From positions 17,399,875-17,422,672 of the forward strand of contig NC_057718.1 of assembly GCF_004010195.1 (NCBI RefSeq): a stretch of 22,798 nt of DNA. Direction: 5' to 3'. Of the stretch, positions 1-10,515 are shown one piece after another. The position numbers and the translations under genes were made by a program. The notes beneath the pieces are model-generated. The model worked only from the letters and a program-made list of their open reading frames with translations, ran no database searches and was not told where the DNA came from. Within the stretch, counting starts at the first letter, position 1, and every line of letters starts with the position of its first letter. This DNA is from Chiloscyllium plagiosum (Eukaryota).

Positions 1-1495
1 CAGAAATGAGATAACGAGAGTCCAGAGAAAGTACATTCCTGTTAAGGTGAAATGAAAGGCTGGTAGGTATAGGGAATGATGGATGACTAAAGAAATTGAG
101 GGTTTGGTTAAGAAAACGAAGGAAGCATATATGTCAGGTATAGTCAGGATAGATCAAGTGAATCCTTAGAAGAATATAAAGGCAGTAGGAGGATACTTAA
201 GAGAGAAATCAGGAGGGCAAAAAGGGGACATGAGATAGCTTTGGCAGCTAAGATTAAGGAGAATCCAAAGGGCTTTTACAAATATATTAAGGGCAAAAGG
301 GTAACTAGGGAGAGAATAGGGCCCCTCAAAGGTCAGCAAGGCGGCCTTTGTGTGGAGCCGCAGGAGAGGGGGGAGATACTAAATGAGTATTTTGTATCAA
401 TATTTACTGTAGAAAAGGACATGGAAGACATATAATGTCGGGAAATATATAGTGATATCTTTAAAAATGTCTATAATACAGAGGAGGAAGTGCTGGATGT
501 CTTGAAACACACATAAAAGTGGATAAATCCCAAGGACCTGATCAGGTGTACCCTAGAACTCTGTGGGAAGCTAGAGAATTGATTGCTGGGCCTCTTACTG
601 TGATATTTGTATCATCAATAGTCACAGGTGAGGTGCCAGAAGACTGGAGGTTGGCTAACGTGGTGCCACTGTTTACGAAGGATGGTCAGGACAAGCCAGG
701 GAACTATAGACCAGTGAGCCTGACGCTGGTGGGCAAGTTGTTGGAGGGAATCCTGAGGGACAGGATGTACATGTATTTGGAAAGGCGAAGACTGATTAGG
801 GGTAGTCAATATGACTTTGTGCGTGGGAAATCATGTCTCGCAAACTTGATTTGAGTTTTTTGAAGAAGTAACAAAGGGAATTGATGAGGGCAGAGCGGTG
901 AACGTGATCTGTATGGACTTCAGTAAGGCGTTTGACAAGATTCCCCATGGGAAACTGGTTAGCAAGGTTAGATCTTATGGAATAGAGGGAACACTAGCCA
1001 TTTGGATACAAAACTGGCTCAAAAGAAGAAGACAGAAGGTGGTGCTGGTGAAGGGTTGTTTTTCAGACTGGAGACCTGTGACCAGTGGAGTGCCACAAGG
1101 ATTGGTGCTGGGTCCATTACTTTTCTTCATTTACACAAACAATTTGGATGTGCGCATAAGAGGTATAGTTAGTAAGTTTGCAGATGACACCAAAATTGGA
1201 GGTGTAATGGACAGCGAAGAAGTTTACCCCAGATTACAACGGGATCTTGATCAGATGGGCGAGTGGGCTGAGAAGTGGCAGATGGAGTTTAATTTAGATA
1301 AATGTGAGGTGCTGCATTTTGAGAAAGCAAATCTTAGCAGGACTTATACACTTAATAGTAAGGTCCTAGGGAGTGTTGATGAACAAAGAGAACTTGGAGT
1401 TCAGATTCATAGCTCCTTGAAAGTGGAGTCGCAGGTAGATAGGATAGTGAAGAAGGCATTTGGTATGCTTTCCTTTATTGGTTAGGAGTTGGGAG
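1..1495 (+). mobile_element. CR1-clade LINE (HER1-like) ORF2 fragment, linker plus RT, broken by frameshifts/stops; 5' end outside window, 3' truncated
   Basis: ORFs 241-435, 519-854 and 898-1485 give successive CR1 ORF2 motifs: KENPKGFYKY, GPDQVYPRTL, VPEDWRLANVVPLF, PGNYRPVSLT, DFSKAFDKI, GVPQGLVLGPLLF, KFADDTK, WQMEFNLDKC. Confidence 0.95.
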
Positions 1496-1547
1496 TGCTC
1501 TGGTTTCCTCCCGCAGTCCAAAGATGTGCAGGTCAGGTGAATTGGCC
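1495..1547 (+). mobile_element. Internal fragment of HE1/V-SINE-type SINE fused to the truncated LINE
   Basis: GTGCTCTGGTTTCCTCCCGCAGTCCAAAGATGTGCAGGTCAGGTGAATTGGCC is nearly identical to the SINE body at 2272-2324. Confidence 0.85.
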
Positions 1548-1664
1548 TATTCCCCTAAGTCACTGCACGTGAAGAATTTCAGATTTGACATATAAAAGTT
1601 ACACAATAGGAAAACCGCTTAAGAAACTTTCATGGCCACAACAACATGTATGCTGGAGTATGCA

Positions 1665-2027
1665 GGGGTGGCATGGTGGCACAGTGATTAGCACTGTTGC
1701 CTAATAGCATCATGGCCCCAAGTTCAATTCCAGACTTTTCTGGAGTTTGCATATTCTCCCCATGTAAGTGTGGCTTTCAACTGGATGCTCTGGTTTCCAC
1801 CCACAGTCCAAAAATGCAGGTTAGGCCGAATTGGCCATGCTAAATTGCCCTGTAGTGCCTAGGAATGTGCAGGCTAAGTGGATTACCCATGGTAAATGTG
1901 GGGTTATAGGGATGGGGTGGGGAGTGGGTGTGGGTGGGATGCTGTTTGGCGGGTTGGTGCAGACTCAATAGGCCTAACGGCTACTATCTGCAATTTAGGG
2001 TTTCTGTGATCTTCTATGACCTATGAC
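1665..2027 (+). mobile_element. tRNA-derived V-SINE (HE1-like), older diverged copy
   Basis: Degenerate A box (TGGCACAGTGA) and B box (AGTTCAATTCC); core ...CCCACAGTCCAAAAATGCAGGTTAGG...GGCCATGCTAAATTGCCC; G-rich segment; CTATGAC-like tail. Confidence 0.85.
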
Positions 2028-2168
2028 TGAAATATACCTGTCTTTCTGACTACAACAAAAGTACTCTGCTTTCTCACCTTTTTTGAATGCCTTCATTTCC
2101 AAATGGTAGTACTACACTTTTATTCATAACATCCTTTAGCAAGGCAACTAATATGGGAATGTTTTGAA

Positions 2169-2460
2169 GGGGTGGCACAGTGGCTCAGTGGTTAGCACTG
2201 CTACCTCGTAGCACCAGGGACACAGGTTCGATTCCAGCCTCAGGGAACCGTCTGTGTGGGTTTCCTCTGGGTGCTCTGGTTTCCTCCCACAGTCCAAAGA
2301 TGTGCAGGTCAGGTGAATTGGCCATGCTAAATTGTCCATAGTGTTAGGTGCATTAGTCAGAGGGAAATGGGTCTGGGTGGGTTACTCTTCGGAGGATCAG
2401 TGTGGACTTGTTGGGCTGAAGGGCCTGTTTCCACACTGTAGGGAATCTAATCTAATCTAA
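2169..2460 (+). mobile_element. HE1-type tRNA-derived SINE, near full length
   Basis: A box TGGCTCAGTGG 2181-2191; B box GGTTCGATTCC 2225-2235; V-domain core; CR1-like 3' tail GGGCTGAAGGGCCTGTTTCCACACTGTA; (AATCT)n end 2444-2460. Confidence 0.93.
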
Positions 2461-2994
2461 AAATTGAGCCTTCATGAAGGCTGTTCGAAGCTACTTGCAC
2501 CTACAATAAATCATAGCAGGGTCAAATCAAGTAGGCGCAGCTGGTAGTATTTCTTTTCGACAACAGCAAATTGAATTAGAGTAGGTTGCATCCAAATTTG
2601 TGGAGGCCGTAAGTTAATCTAATTTCTCCTGGATATGTATTTCCAATTTTAAAAATCCACTTCTTTCCACCTAATTTCAAAAAATGATTTGGTGAATTGA
2701 CACTTCCAATGCAATGAAATCAGGCACCCAATCTCATGGCGATTTATTCTTTCCCCTTTTGCTCTTTGTTATTGAATCTCCCCAGTGGGGTTTGTTCATT
2801 TAATTTCCTAATTTGCAGCAGAGCATAGTATTGCATTCCACTGTAGTGGAGTGTGAGCATGCATGTAAACTGTCTGTGAGAGAAGCTGACATAATGTTCT
2901 TATTTCAAGAAGAGAAGAAGGATAAGCTGATTATGTTACTGTAGCATTATTTGTGGTCAAATTCTTAAAATCTACTTTGACGTGTAATTATGAG

Positions 2995-3483
2995 GCGTTT
3001 AGAAATTCATCAGCTAATCATAAACAGCCAACATGGACTTGTTAAAGGGAAATCTTGTTTGAAAAGTGTAATGGAGTTTTTTTTTTGAAGTCACAAATGA
3101 TATATAATTCAATGCCATGAAAGTACTCTATATGGATTTTCAGAAAGATTTTGTTAAGACATCTCACAGGACACTAACAGAAAAAATTCAGGTGTGTGTT
3201 ATAAGAGGAAATGCAACCACATGAATAGAAGTTAAATTGGCAGAGTTTGATTAAATGGGTGTAACTTGGGCTGGAGAAGGGATGAAAGTGGTAAACGCCA
3301 GGGTTACTTTTGGATCTACTTTCTTGGGTATGTCGATAGATAATGTTACAGGTAATGTATGTGCAAAGAATTCAAGAAGGAGAAGTAGATGTAGTATCAG
3401 AAGTAATATCTCAAAATTGCTAGAGATGAAGGTAGAGGGTTTGGCAAATAATGAAGTCTGTAAAATAAGGAAGATATTGACCC
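2995..3483 (+). mobile_element. Ancient, highly decayed CR1 RT fragment
   Basis: Manual translation gives QHGLVKGKSCL and VLYMDFQKDF, then degenerate GVPQG- and ISKFADD-like segments. Confidence 0.7.
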
Positions 3484-4359
3484 TGTTATGACACAACGGT
3501 AAACTCTTCTGCTAATTAAACCAAACATACAGAAAAGCTCACCTTGCCTCGTAATCTGTTAAAGTATGAGTGACAGAGAACTACCCAAATTCCACTATTT
3601 TAGGAAAAAATTAACAATTAATTTCCTTAACTCCAAAAGTGAACATTAAACAACAACTATTTACAACTCTAAGCCTCCTTTGTCTTTAAAGATTTGTCAT
3701 CTACCTCCACTCTCTATAACAATATACTGATCAGATAAAGCCCCAATTGAATTTACAGCAAATCAATTTTCAAAACCAGACAGCGGCTGTCATCCTCCTC
3801 TGTTTGTAGATTTCTCTGGGTCATCCTCTGTCTTCTGCTGCAAAGATGTTTCATATGAAAATGGTACCTATCAAAGTGTTTTGAATAGCAGTCTGTCAAT
3901 GGCAGAAAGCGTTCTTTCTCTGCTAACTGTCCAAAATGCCTGCTTTTATACCCCAAAACTTTGGATTGTCTCATTGGTTCAATGCTGTGAAAACAGTGAA
4001 TTTCAAATTTGATTGGGTTTTAATATCTTGGGGCATAATTTAAAACTGGTTAAAATTGAACTGCAGTGAAAACAACAAAGTATCACGGTTACAGCCAAAA
4101 TGTTGCATCTTTCAATTGTCCAGTACACTTTGTCCCAGTTAGGTGCTTGCCAGCTTTCACTCTCTCTTAAAGATACAGTGCATGCCTTAAACTTCATAAC
4201 AACCCATGTTATGAACATGGGTCTGAACCCTGAAGTACTATGGATGTTTTTAACATGTAGTCTCAATATTTTTTTTAAATAAAGGTACATTTAGCCAAAA
4301 ATAGCTGCAATGTAAGTTTAAGTGGCTGTCTGGAAGAAACACACACAAGGAGTGTCACA
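3484..4359 (-). mobile_element. Probable solo LTR (~876 bp)
   Basis: Starts TGTTATGACAC, ends GTGTCACA (TG..CA, short inverted termini); interrupts the CR1 relic; minus-strand TATAAAAG (3943-3950) and CCAAT (3973-3977, 4012-4016). No clean TSD. Confidence 0.55.
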
Positions 4360-4422
4360 CCTACAATGCAAAGGCAACTTGAAAGAACCACACTTCAAGT
4401 AGGGTGGGCATAAGTGACAACT

Positions 4423-4659
4423 CATAGAATTGTAGAATCCCTACAGTGTTGAAGCAGGCCATTCAGCCCATCGAGTCCTAACCAACCCTCCAAAGAGCTC
4501 ACCTGGACCCAGCGGTTCCCCATAACCCTGCCCTTCTGGTGGCTAATCCACATTGCCTGCATATCTCTGAACACTATGGGAAATTTAGCATGGCCAATCC
4601 ACCTAACCTGTACATCGTTGGGAGGAAACCAGAGCACCTGGAGGAAACCCATGCAGAAC
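4423..4659 (-). mobile_element. V-SINE/HE1-like SINE, 5'-truncated
   Basis: Reverse complement of SINE core and tail: AATTTAGCATGGCCAATCCACCTAACCTG, GGGAGGAAACCAGAGCACC, AGAATCCCTACAGTG. Confidence 0.85.
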
Positions 4660-5182
4660 AAACTGAATCTTGCAATTTTGAAGATAACAAGAGGCTGATG
4701 ATCTCCCTGCTCAGTAGCAAGTCATCTTGCAGATTATGTTGCAAACTGCAGACATGTTTTGTTTTTTTTCCTTTTGAAATATACACAATATAGAGATTTA
4801 AAAGGCAGTTTCAACTCTACTGGGAGTGTGCTATTGGGACTGAATGTTCTCATGAGTACCAGCCAGGTTAAGAATAATTAAGGTGAAAGTCATGGTTGAA
4901 AAACTAACCTTCAGTTCCTCTGGTATGAGGTGTAAAGTGACTCTGTGTACTAGAGGTCACTTATCTAGCAGCCAGACAAAAGGGTTTCAGGACAACAAAA
5001 GGACTCTCTCTCACCCTGAATGCTGGCATTCAATCAATGTTGAAAGGAATTAGAATTGTTTTTCTTTAGTTAATGCTTGAAAACTATTTTTTTCCCCTAC
5101 TGGAATGGGAATTCTGTGGTAAGCCAGTGTAATTGAGCACTGTTTCAAAATACTTTTAAAATATAATGATTTTCCTTTAAAT

Positions 5183-5394
5183 TGTATGGAATGAGCTGCC
5201 AGAGGGAGTGGTGGAGGCTGGTACAATTGCAACATTTAAAAGGCATCTTAGATGGGTATATGAATAGGAAGGGTTTGGAGGGATATGGGCCGCGTGGTGG
5301 CAGGTGGGACAAGATTGGGTTGGGATATCTGGTCGGCATGGATGGGTTGGACCGAAGGCTCTGTTTCCATGCTGTACATCTCTATGACTCTATG
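5183..5394 (+). mobile_element. CR1/HER1 LINE 3' end, 5'-truncated
   Basis: TGGAATGAGCTGCCAGAG (WNELP, ORF2 C-terminus), 3' UTR and CTCTATGACTCTATG tail; homologous to the reverse complement of ~20390-20590. Confidence 0.92.
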
Positions 5395-5580
5395 GCAGCT
5401 TGATGCTTTTTGATTAATGCAGCTTAACTGTTGTTTTATAAAACAAATATTTTAATCTGTATCATCAATCACATGAAGAACCCATTTTTAAAATTATTCA
5501 AAATCTCTCTTTATAGAGTACAAATGGAGCAAACCTTTATTTTTATGCGCAAGCTATTGGGAATGCTGAAAATCTGAAAT

Positions 5581-5656
5581 GAAAATGCTGGAAAATCTCC
5601 AGAATTATGGGGAAAAGAGAAAATGCTGGAAAATCTCCAGAATTATGGGGAAAAGA
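5581..5656. repeat. Perfect 38-bp tandem duplication
   Basis: GAAAATGCTGGAAAATCTCCAGAATTATGGGGAAAAGA at 5581-5618 and 5619-5656. Confidence 0.97.
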
Positions 5657-6104
5657 CAGGAGAAAGGCACTACGTCAAATGCTTGTTTGATGAGCTGAAT
5701 GGCCTCCTACACTGTAATTGTTCTATCATGAGAGTGCATCAAAATGTTCTCTATATGGCTGTGTCAAATTTATTCCATCTAATTCACACTTCACTGTTGA
5801 AAATTACACGATTTTGTAAAAAGATTTTGTTTGTGTTGATTTAAAACTGAAGAAAAGAATGTAAGTTGAATGTTTTGAAGAAAAGTGAATTGTTAATGTT
5901 AATATATACCTCATTGTTTGTCAGAGTGCTTCAGATACACTGAATTACTGTGAAGTTCAGTGACAATTAGACAAGCATTGCTGCCATTTTACACATTACA
6001 GGAATCTGTCCCCATCCACTCCATAAACAATGTGTTCATCCTTGTTGGTAGTGTTGTTTACAGTAGCACTTCTAATTAGGGAACTAGGAGAATATTTTGA
6101 AGAG

Positions 6105-6485
6105 AGACTTTTATTTTCACATTATTTTATGACATCGCTCAAAAGTGTTTCAAAAATGAGTTCCTGTAACTTTGAAGCTAATTATAGAGAAATGTAGCAG
6201 CACTGTAGAGTCTCAAAGTGTATAAAAATGCACAACTAACCAAACTGTTTTTGGTATACCAGATGTTGGAGCAGAAGAGTTTTCTGCCCTTTTTTTGAAT
6301 AGGGTCTTCAGATCCTTGTCTGTTTGAGCCAAAAGCATCCTTCAATTTGACATCTCAATTAAAAATGCTGTTTTGGACAATGCACCATTCCCTTGTGCTG
6401 AAGTGCCAGGCTAGGTTATGAATTGTGACATGAGACACACATTCCTAATCTTCTGAATCACCAATGGATATTATCAACCTAGAGT
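6105..6485 (-). mobile_element. Ancient Deu-domain SINE (SacSINE1-like) relic
   Basis: TTTGACATCTCAATTAAAAATGCTG...GACAATGCACCATTCCCT...GTGCCAGGCTAGGTTATG resembles the reverse complement of the recalled DeuSINE consensus; very diverged. Confidence 0.5.
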
Positions 6486-8346
6486 AATTTCAAATGATTT
6501 GGCATTCTAAGGGACTTTTGGTCGACATTGTTTTCCTTGTTCTTACACTTACCATTTGTTGTATCATTTTAAGCATGTAAACTTGCCTCTTTATGACTAT
6601 GACTATGACTTTAAATTGCTAATTGAGATGCATGGTATTCAAAATTGGCAATTTTATATTAATCAACCAGCAGTTCCTTAAGTTTATTGCCTGGCTCCGG
6701 TAATGGACATGGATTTGTAAAACTGAAGTGTACATGTTTCTCCTGAGAGTTGTATAAATGAAAATAAAATCATTTGTAGTACTGTAGCCCAGAGCAGAAC
6801 TTGTTGTGAATGTCTGAAACTTGCAGAAGACTCTTTGTAGTTGAATTGTAATAAAATATGCATTCATTCAATGTTTCATGGGTGAACAGGAGGAAAAAGC
6901 CTGCCTTTTGGTGACGACTGATTAAAATACCACTGAGAATTTTGGTGTATACTTCAGGCAGAAAACTACCATTGATGTAACCCATTGCAATGCTGCTTCC
7001 CCTGACCCTATGCTGCCTCCTCTCAGTCACTATTGTGCATTCTAGATAGTGTGTCTTTCATGAATCATAGGCAGCATTTATAATTGTGTCACACTAGGAG
7101 TTATATTTACAGATCATTGTCCTTGTATGCCACTCTTAAAGAAGTATTGTACATATTGCTGTTTTTTTTAAAGATCAACTTAATATCAGTACAGGGTTGG
7201 ATACTTGTAGTTTAGTGCCACATTTTGCAAGCTTCCCTAAAAGAAGTGCGCAGGGGAAAAAAAAGTAATATTTATCTACCTATTGCTTATGGGGTCTTTC
7301 AGTAAAATTGTGAATATAATGAGAAATTGCAGTGGAATTTAAGTTGAGAGAAATAAATTCAAGCTCTATTTATGAAAGCTATTTAGAAATTATCTAAAGC
7401 AGTGTTTGTAGTTTCCAAATGTGATATGAACTGAAATAGAGTCTGTTTCTAATAGTGTTTTGACATATTAGGGCACTGATGTATTTCATGACCATTGTTA
7501 CAGATTTGGGAGTCACAACCCACAAGTTTCATTAGTCCACCCCATTGAGTGTTTCAGCCTGCAGTTTGAGATGCCCTGTTTTACATATTGCTATGCCATT
7601 ATCAATAATCATTATTAACTTTTCAGCTTTATTTTTCTGCAGCATCTTGATTACGTATTTTGTTAATAAGAGGGAGGGTTTAGCTACTCAGCATTTTCCT
7701 TGCTAAAAAAAATTAAATTATAAATGCTCTAGGGACCAAGTTAATCCTGTGAAGAAAGCAATGTGTGGATGTTTCTTCCTCTTTGTAATTTTATTTATAA
7801 TGTCTGTGTACCAATTTTATTATCTGTAAAATATTAATTTAATACATGGAATACACTACCTTTATTTTTCAAGCATGTTCAAAGTGTATGGATATATTCG
7901 CCTGGCGGTGGAAGTTTCCCCTGTAAGATGCTGTTGTTGTGCCTCCTTTCTCTGGCTCTTAACTGACCTGACTTAGACCCAATGCTAAACTTCTTAGCTT
8001 TCCTTGCGTCTTATGTTGCATTAGAAATGGTCTCCTCTTTATGCACCTTCCTGAACTGTACATCACCAAATGTTCCTGTCCCTTGATGTCACTGACTCGC
8101 AAAATACTGTATATTCTAATCTTCCTGCCGTTTGCTAGCCTTGACATTTGGCATGGCTGCCCAATTCTCTACCCTGGAAATAAGGCAGTAGGAGCCAATT
8201 TACTGACCATTATCCTTGGCACTTGTGGCTCTGAGTCTCTGGGTCAGGACATTATTATGTTTAAGCTGCATTCAGAGATTTGAGCTCATAATGTTGCCTG
8301 TCATTTCATTGGAATACTAAAGAAATGTGCAATGTTGGAGGTCTGA

Positions 8347-9182
8347 CCATAACACACAGGAACAGAAGTAGGCCATTTAGCCCATTGAGTCTGCTTCACT
8401 GTTCAATGAAATAATGGCTGATCTGATCATCATCAACTTCACTTTCCAGCTTCTCCCCCATGAGCCTTGACTTCTTTACTGATTCAAAATCTGTCTATCT
8501 CAACATCGAATATCCTTAACAAACCAGCCTCCACAGCCTTCTGTGACAAAGATTTTTATGGATTGATAATCTTAGACAAGAAATGCCTCCTCATCTCTGT
8601 TTTACTTTGAGATTATGCCCTTTAGTCGAACACTCTTCCAACAATCTCTCTGCTCTACCCCATCAAGAGTTGCTCATATTTCAATAAGGTCGTCTCTCAT
8701 TCTTCTACACTGTATATAGGCCCAACCCATCCAACCTCTCCAGAAGACAATTCCTCCATATCTGGAAACAACCTAATGAACCTTTATTTGGACTTCTTTA
8801 AAAGCCATTATCTTCCCTTCAATAAAAGGACCAGAATTGTTCAGAGTATTTTAAGTATGGTCTAAATAGTGCCTTGCATGGATTTAGTAAGGCTTTCCTA
8901 TTATTCTACTCTATTGCCTGTGAAATGATGTTCAACATTCCAGTTGTCTTCCCTGTTACTTGCTGAACTTGAATGTTGGCTTTTTTTGATTTATACATGA
9001 GAACCCTCAAAATCCTCTCTGCTGTAGTTGTCTGCAGTTTCTCTATTTATTAACATTTATCTCCTCTCCTCTTCCTGCTAAAATACATAACTTCACATTT
9101 TCTCAAATTATATTCCATTTGCCAGCTCACTTAGCTTGCCTATATCCCTCTGTAGACTTTGTCATATCCTCACTATTTGCCC
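8347..9182 (-). mobile_element. CR1 LINE 3' portion, decayed
   Basis: Begins with reverse-complement CR1 tail CATAACACACAGGAACAGAAGTAGGCCATTTAGCCC; colinear with the related copy at 18343-19095. Confidence 0.85.
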
Positions 9183-9202
9183 GACTGGTGGATAAGAAAT
9201 TT

Positions 9203-9413
9203 AGAGATGGAAATGTGTTGCTGGAAAAGCGCAGCAGGTCAGGCAGCATCTAGGGAACAGGAGAATCGACGTTTCGGGCATTAGCCCTTCTTCAGGCTAA
9301 TGCCCGAAACGTCGATTCTCCTGTTCCCTAGATGCTGCCTGACCTGCTGCGCTTTTCCAGCAACACATTTCCATCTCTGATCTCCAGCATCTGCAGACCT
9401 CACTTTCTCCTCC
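9203..9413 (+). mobile_element. Young Penelope-like element remnant: inverted pLTR fragments forming a perfect palindrome plus 3' tail, with TSD
   Basis: Arms 9203-9286 and 9295-9378 are exact 84-bp reverse complements around an 8-nt spacer CTTCTTCA; GGATAAGAAATTT(A) flanks at 9190-9202 and 9414-9426. Confidence 0.85.
9268..9295 (-). ncRNA. Minimal hammerhead ribozyme core (PLE type)
   Basis: Minus strand: CUGAAGA-A-GGGC-UAAU-GCCC-GAAAC-GUC, i.e. CUGANGA, 4-bp helix II, GAAA, palindromic ACGU helix III and GUC site. Helix I is poorly paired. Confidence 0.7.
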
Positions 9414-9959
9414 GGATAAGAAATTTAACCAAGCACCTGTCTCGTCTCTTAGGCAAATGTAAACAATCCCACGATGTTAACTGCTATTCTTTATCAGTGT
9501 GGGCAGTATTTATCACCCAACTGATGCCAATGATCCATATTATTGGATCATTTACCTCATTGATGGTTATGGAACCTTGCTTAGACACAATTGGTTGCTT
9601 TCTTTCTCTGTGTTATATAACATTGATCACAGTTCAGATACTTAACTGGCTGTGAGATGATTGGGTCTAGTGAAAGCTGCTATGTAAATCTGAGTTCTTC
9701 CTCATGAATGTAATTCAAATCCCAAAAGTTCTTGCAAGGGATTATGAGGGCATGTGTTCAATAATTAAAAACTAAGGTGCAGCTAAAGCTATGCAGATTA
9801 TTGCTTGGGGTCAAGATGCCTTAGATTTAGAAATTAAACTGCAACGTATGACAAAACAATGGAGATTGTTGAATAAATTTGGTAGACCATTGATTCAGCT
9901 TTTCAAATCACATGGAATGAAGATTCTAGGTAAATGTTTGAAATTCTGTTACACTGCCA

Positions 9960-10515
9960 ATGAGGAAGTACAACCAGACTTGGGTGCCCATATACAACAG
10001 TTGCTGAAAGTTAACATGCAGGTGCAACAGATGGTGAAGAAGGAAAATGGTGTATTGGCATTCATGCTGAGAGGTTTAGAGTACAGGAGCAGGGCTGTCT
10101 TTTTGCAATTGCCTCAGTGATACCTTACCTGGAGTATTGTGTGCAATTTTCTGGCGAAGGATGTTCTGATTATGGAGAGAGTGCAACAAAGATTTAATAA
10201 ACTGATTCCTGGGTTGATAGAACTAACTCGGATAGACTGGATTAATTAGGGCCATATTAAGGCCATAGTTTAGAAGAATGAAGGGAGAATCTTAGAATCC
10301 TACGAAATTCTTAACAGAACTAGGCAGAGTAAATGCAGGAAAGATGCACCTGATGACCCAGGAGTCCAGAACCAAGGGCTACCTTGTAAGGACTTAGGTA
10401 GGATAGGACTTTTAGTACAGAGATGAGGGGACATTCCTTCACCCAGAGGGTGGCAAACCTGTGGATTTCTCTCCAATAGAAAATGGTTGAGGCCAAAACG
10501 TTGAATATTAAAGAG
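9960..10515 (+). mobile_element. Decayed CR1 LINE ORF2 C-terminal fragment
   Basis: End of ORF 9791-10120 reads DLGAHIQQLLKVNMQVQQMVKKENGVLAFMLRGLEYRS; downstream LEYCVQF and ERVQQRF-like motifs. Confidence 0.85.

Larger units (their letters stand above)
8215..9700 (+). mobile_element. Ancient Deu-domain SINE (SacSINE1-like) split into ~8215-8346, ~9185-9202 and ~9414-9700 by two later insertions
   Basis: Head ...AGAGATTTGAGCTCATAAT...TGTTGGAGGT; then GGATAAGAAATTTAACCAAGCACCTGTCTCGTCTCTTAGGCAAATGTAAACAATCCCA, resembling the recalled Deu domain GGATGAGACGTTAAACCGAGGCCCCGTC...GTAAAAGATCCCA; 3' end GTGAAAGCTGCTATGTAAAT. Confidence 0.6.

Noticed and set aside
2169..2240. tRNA gene
   Set aside because: A and B boxes belong to a SINE head continuing into SINE body.
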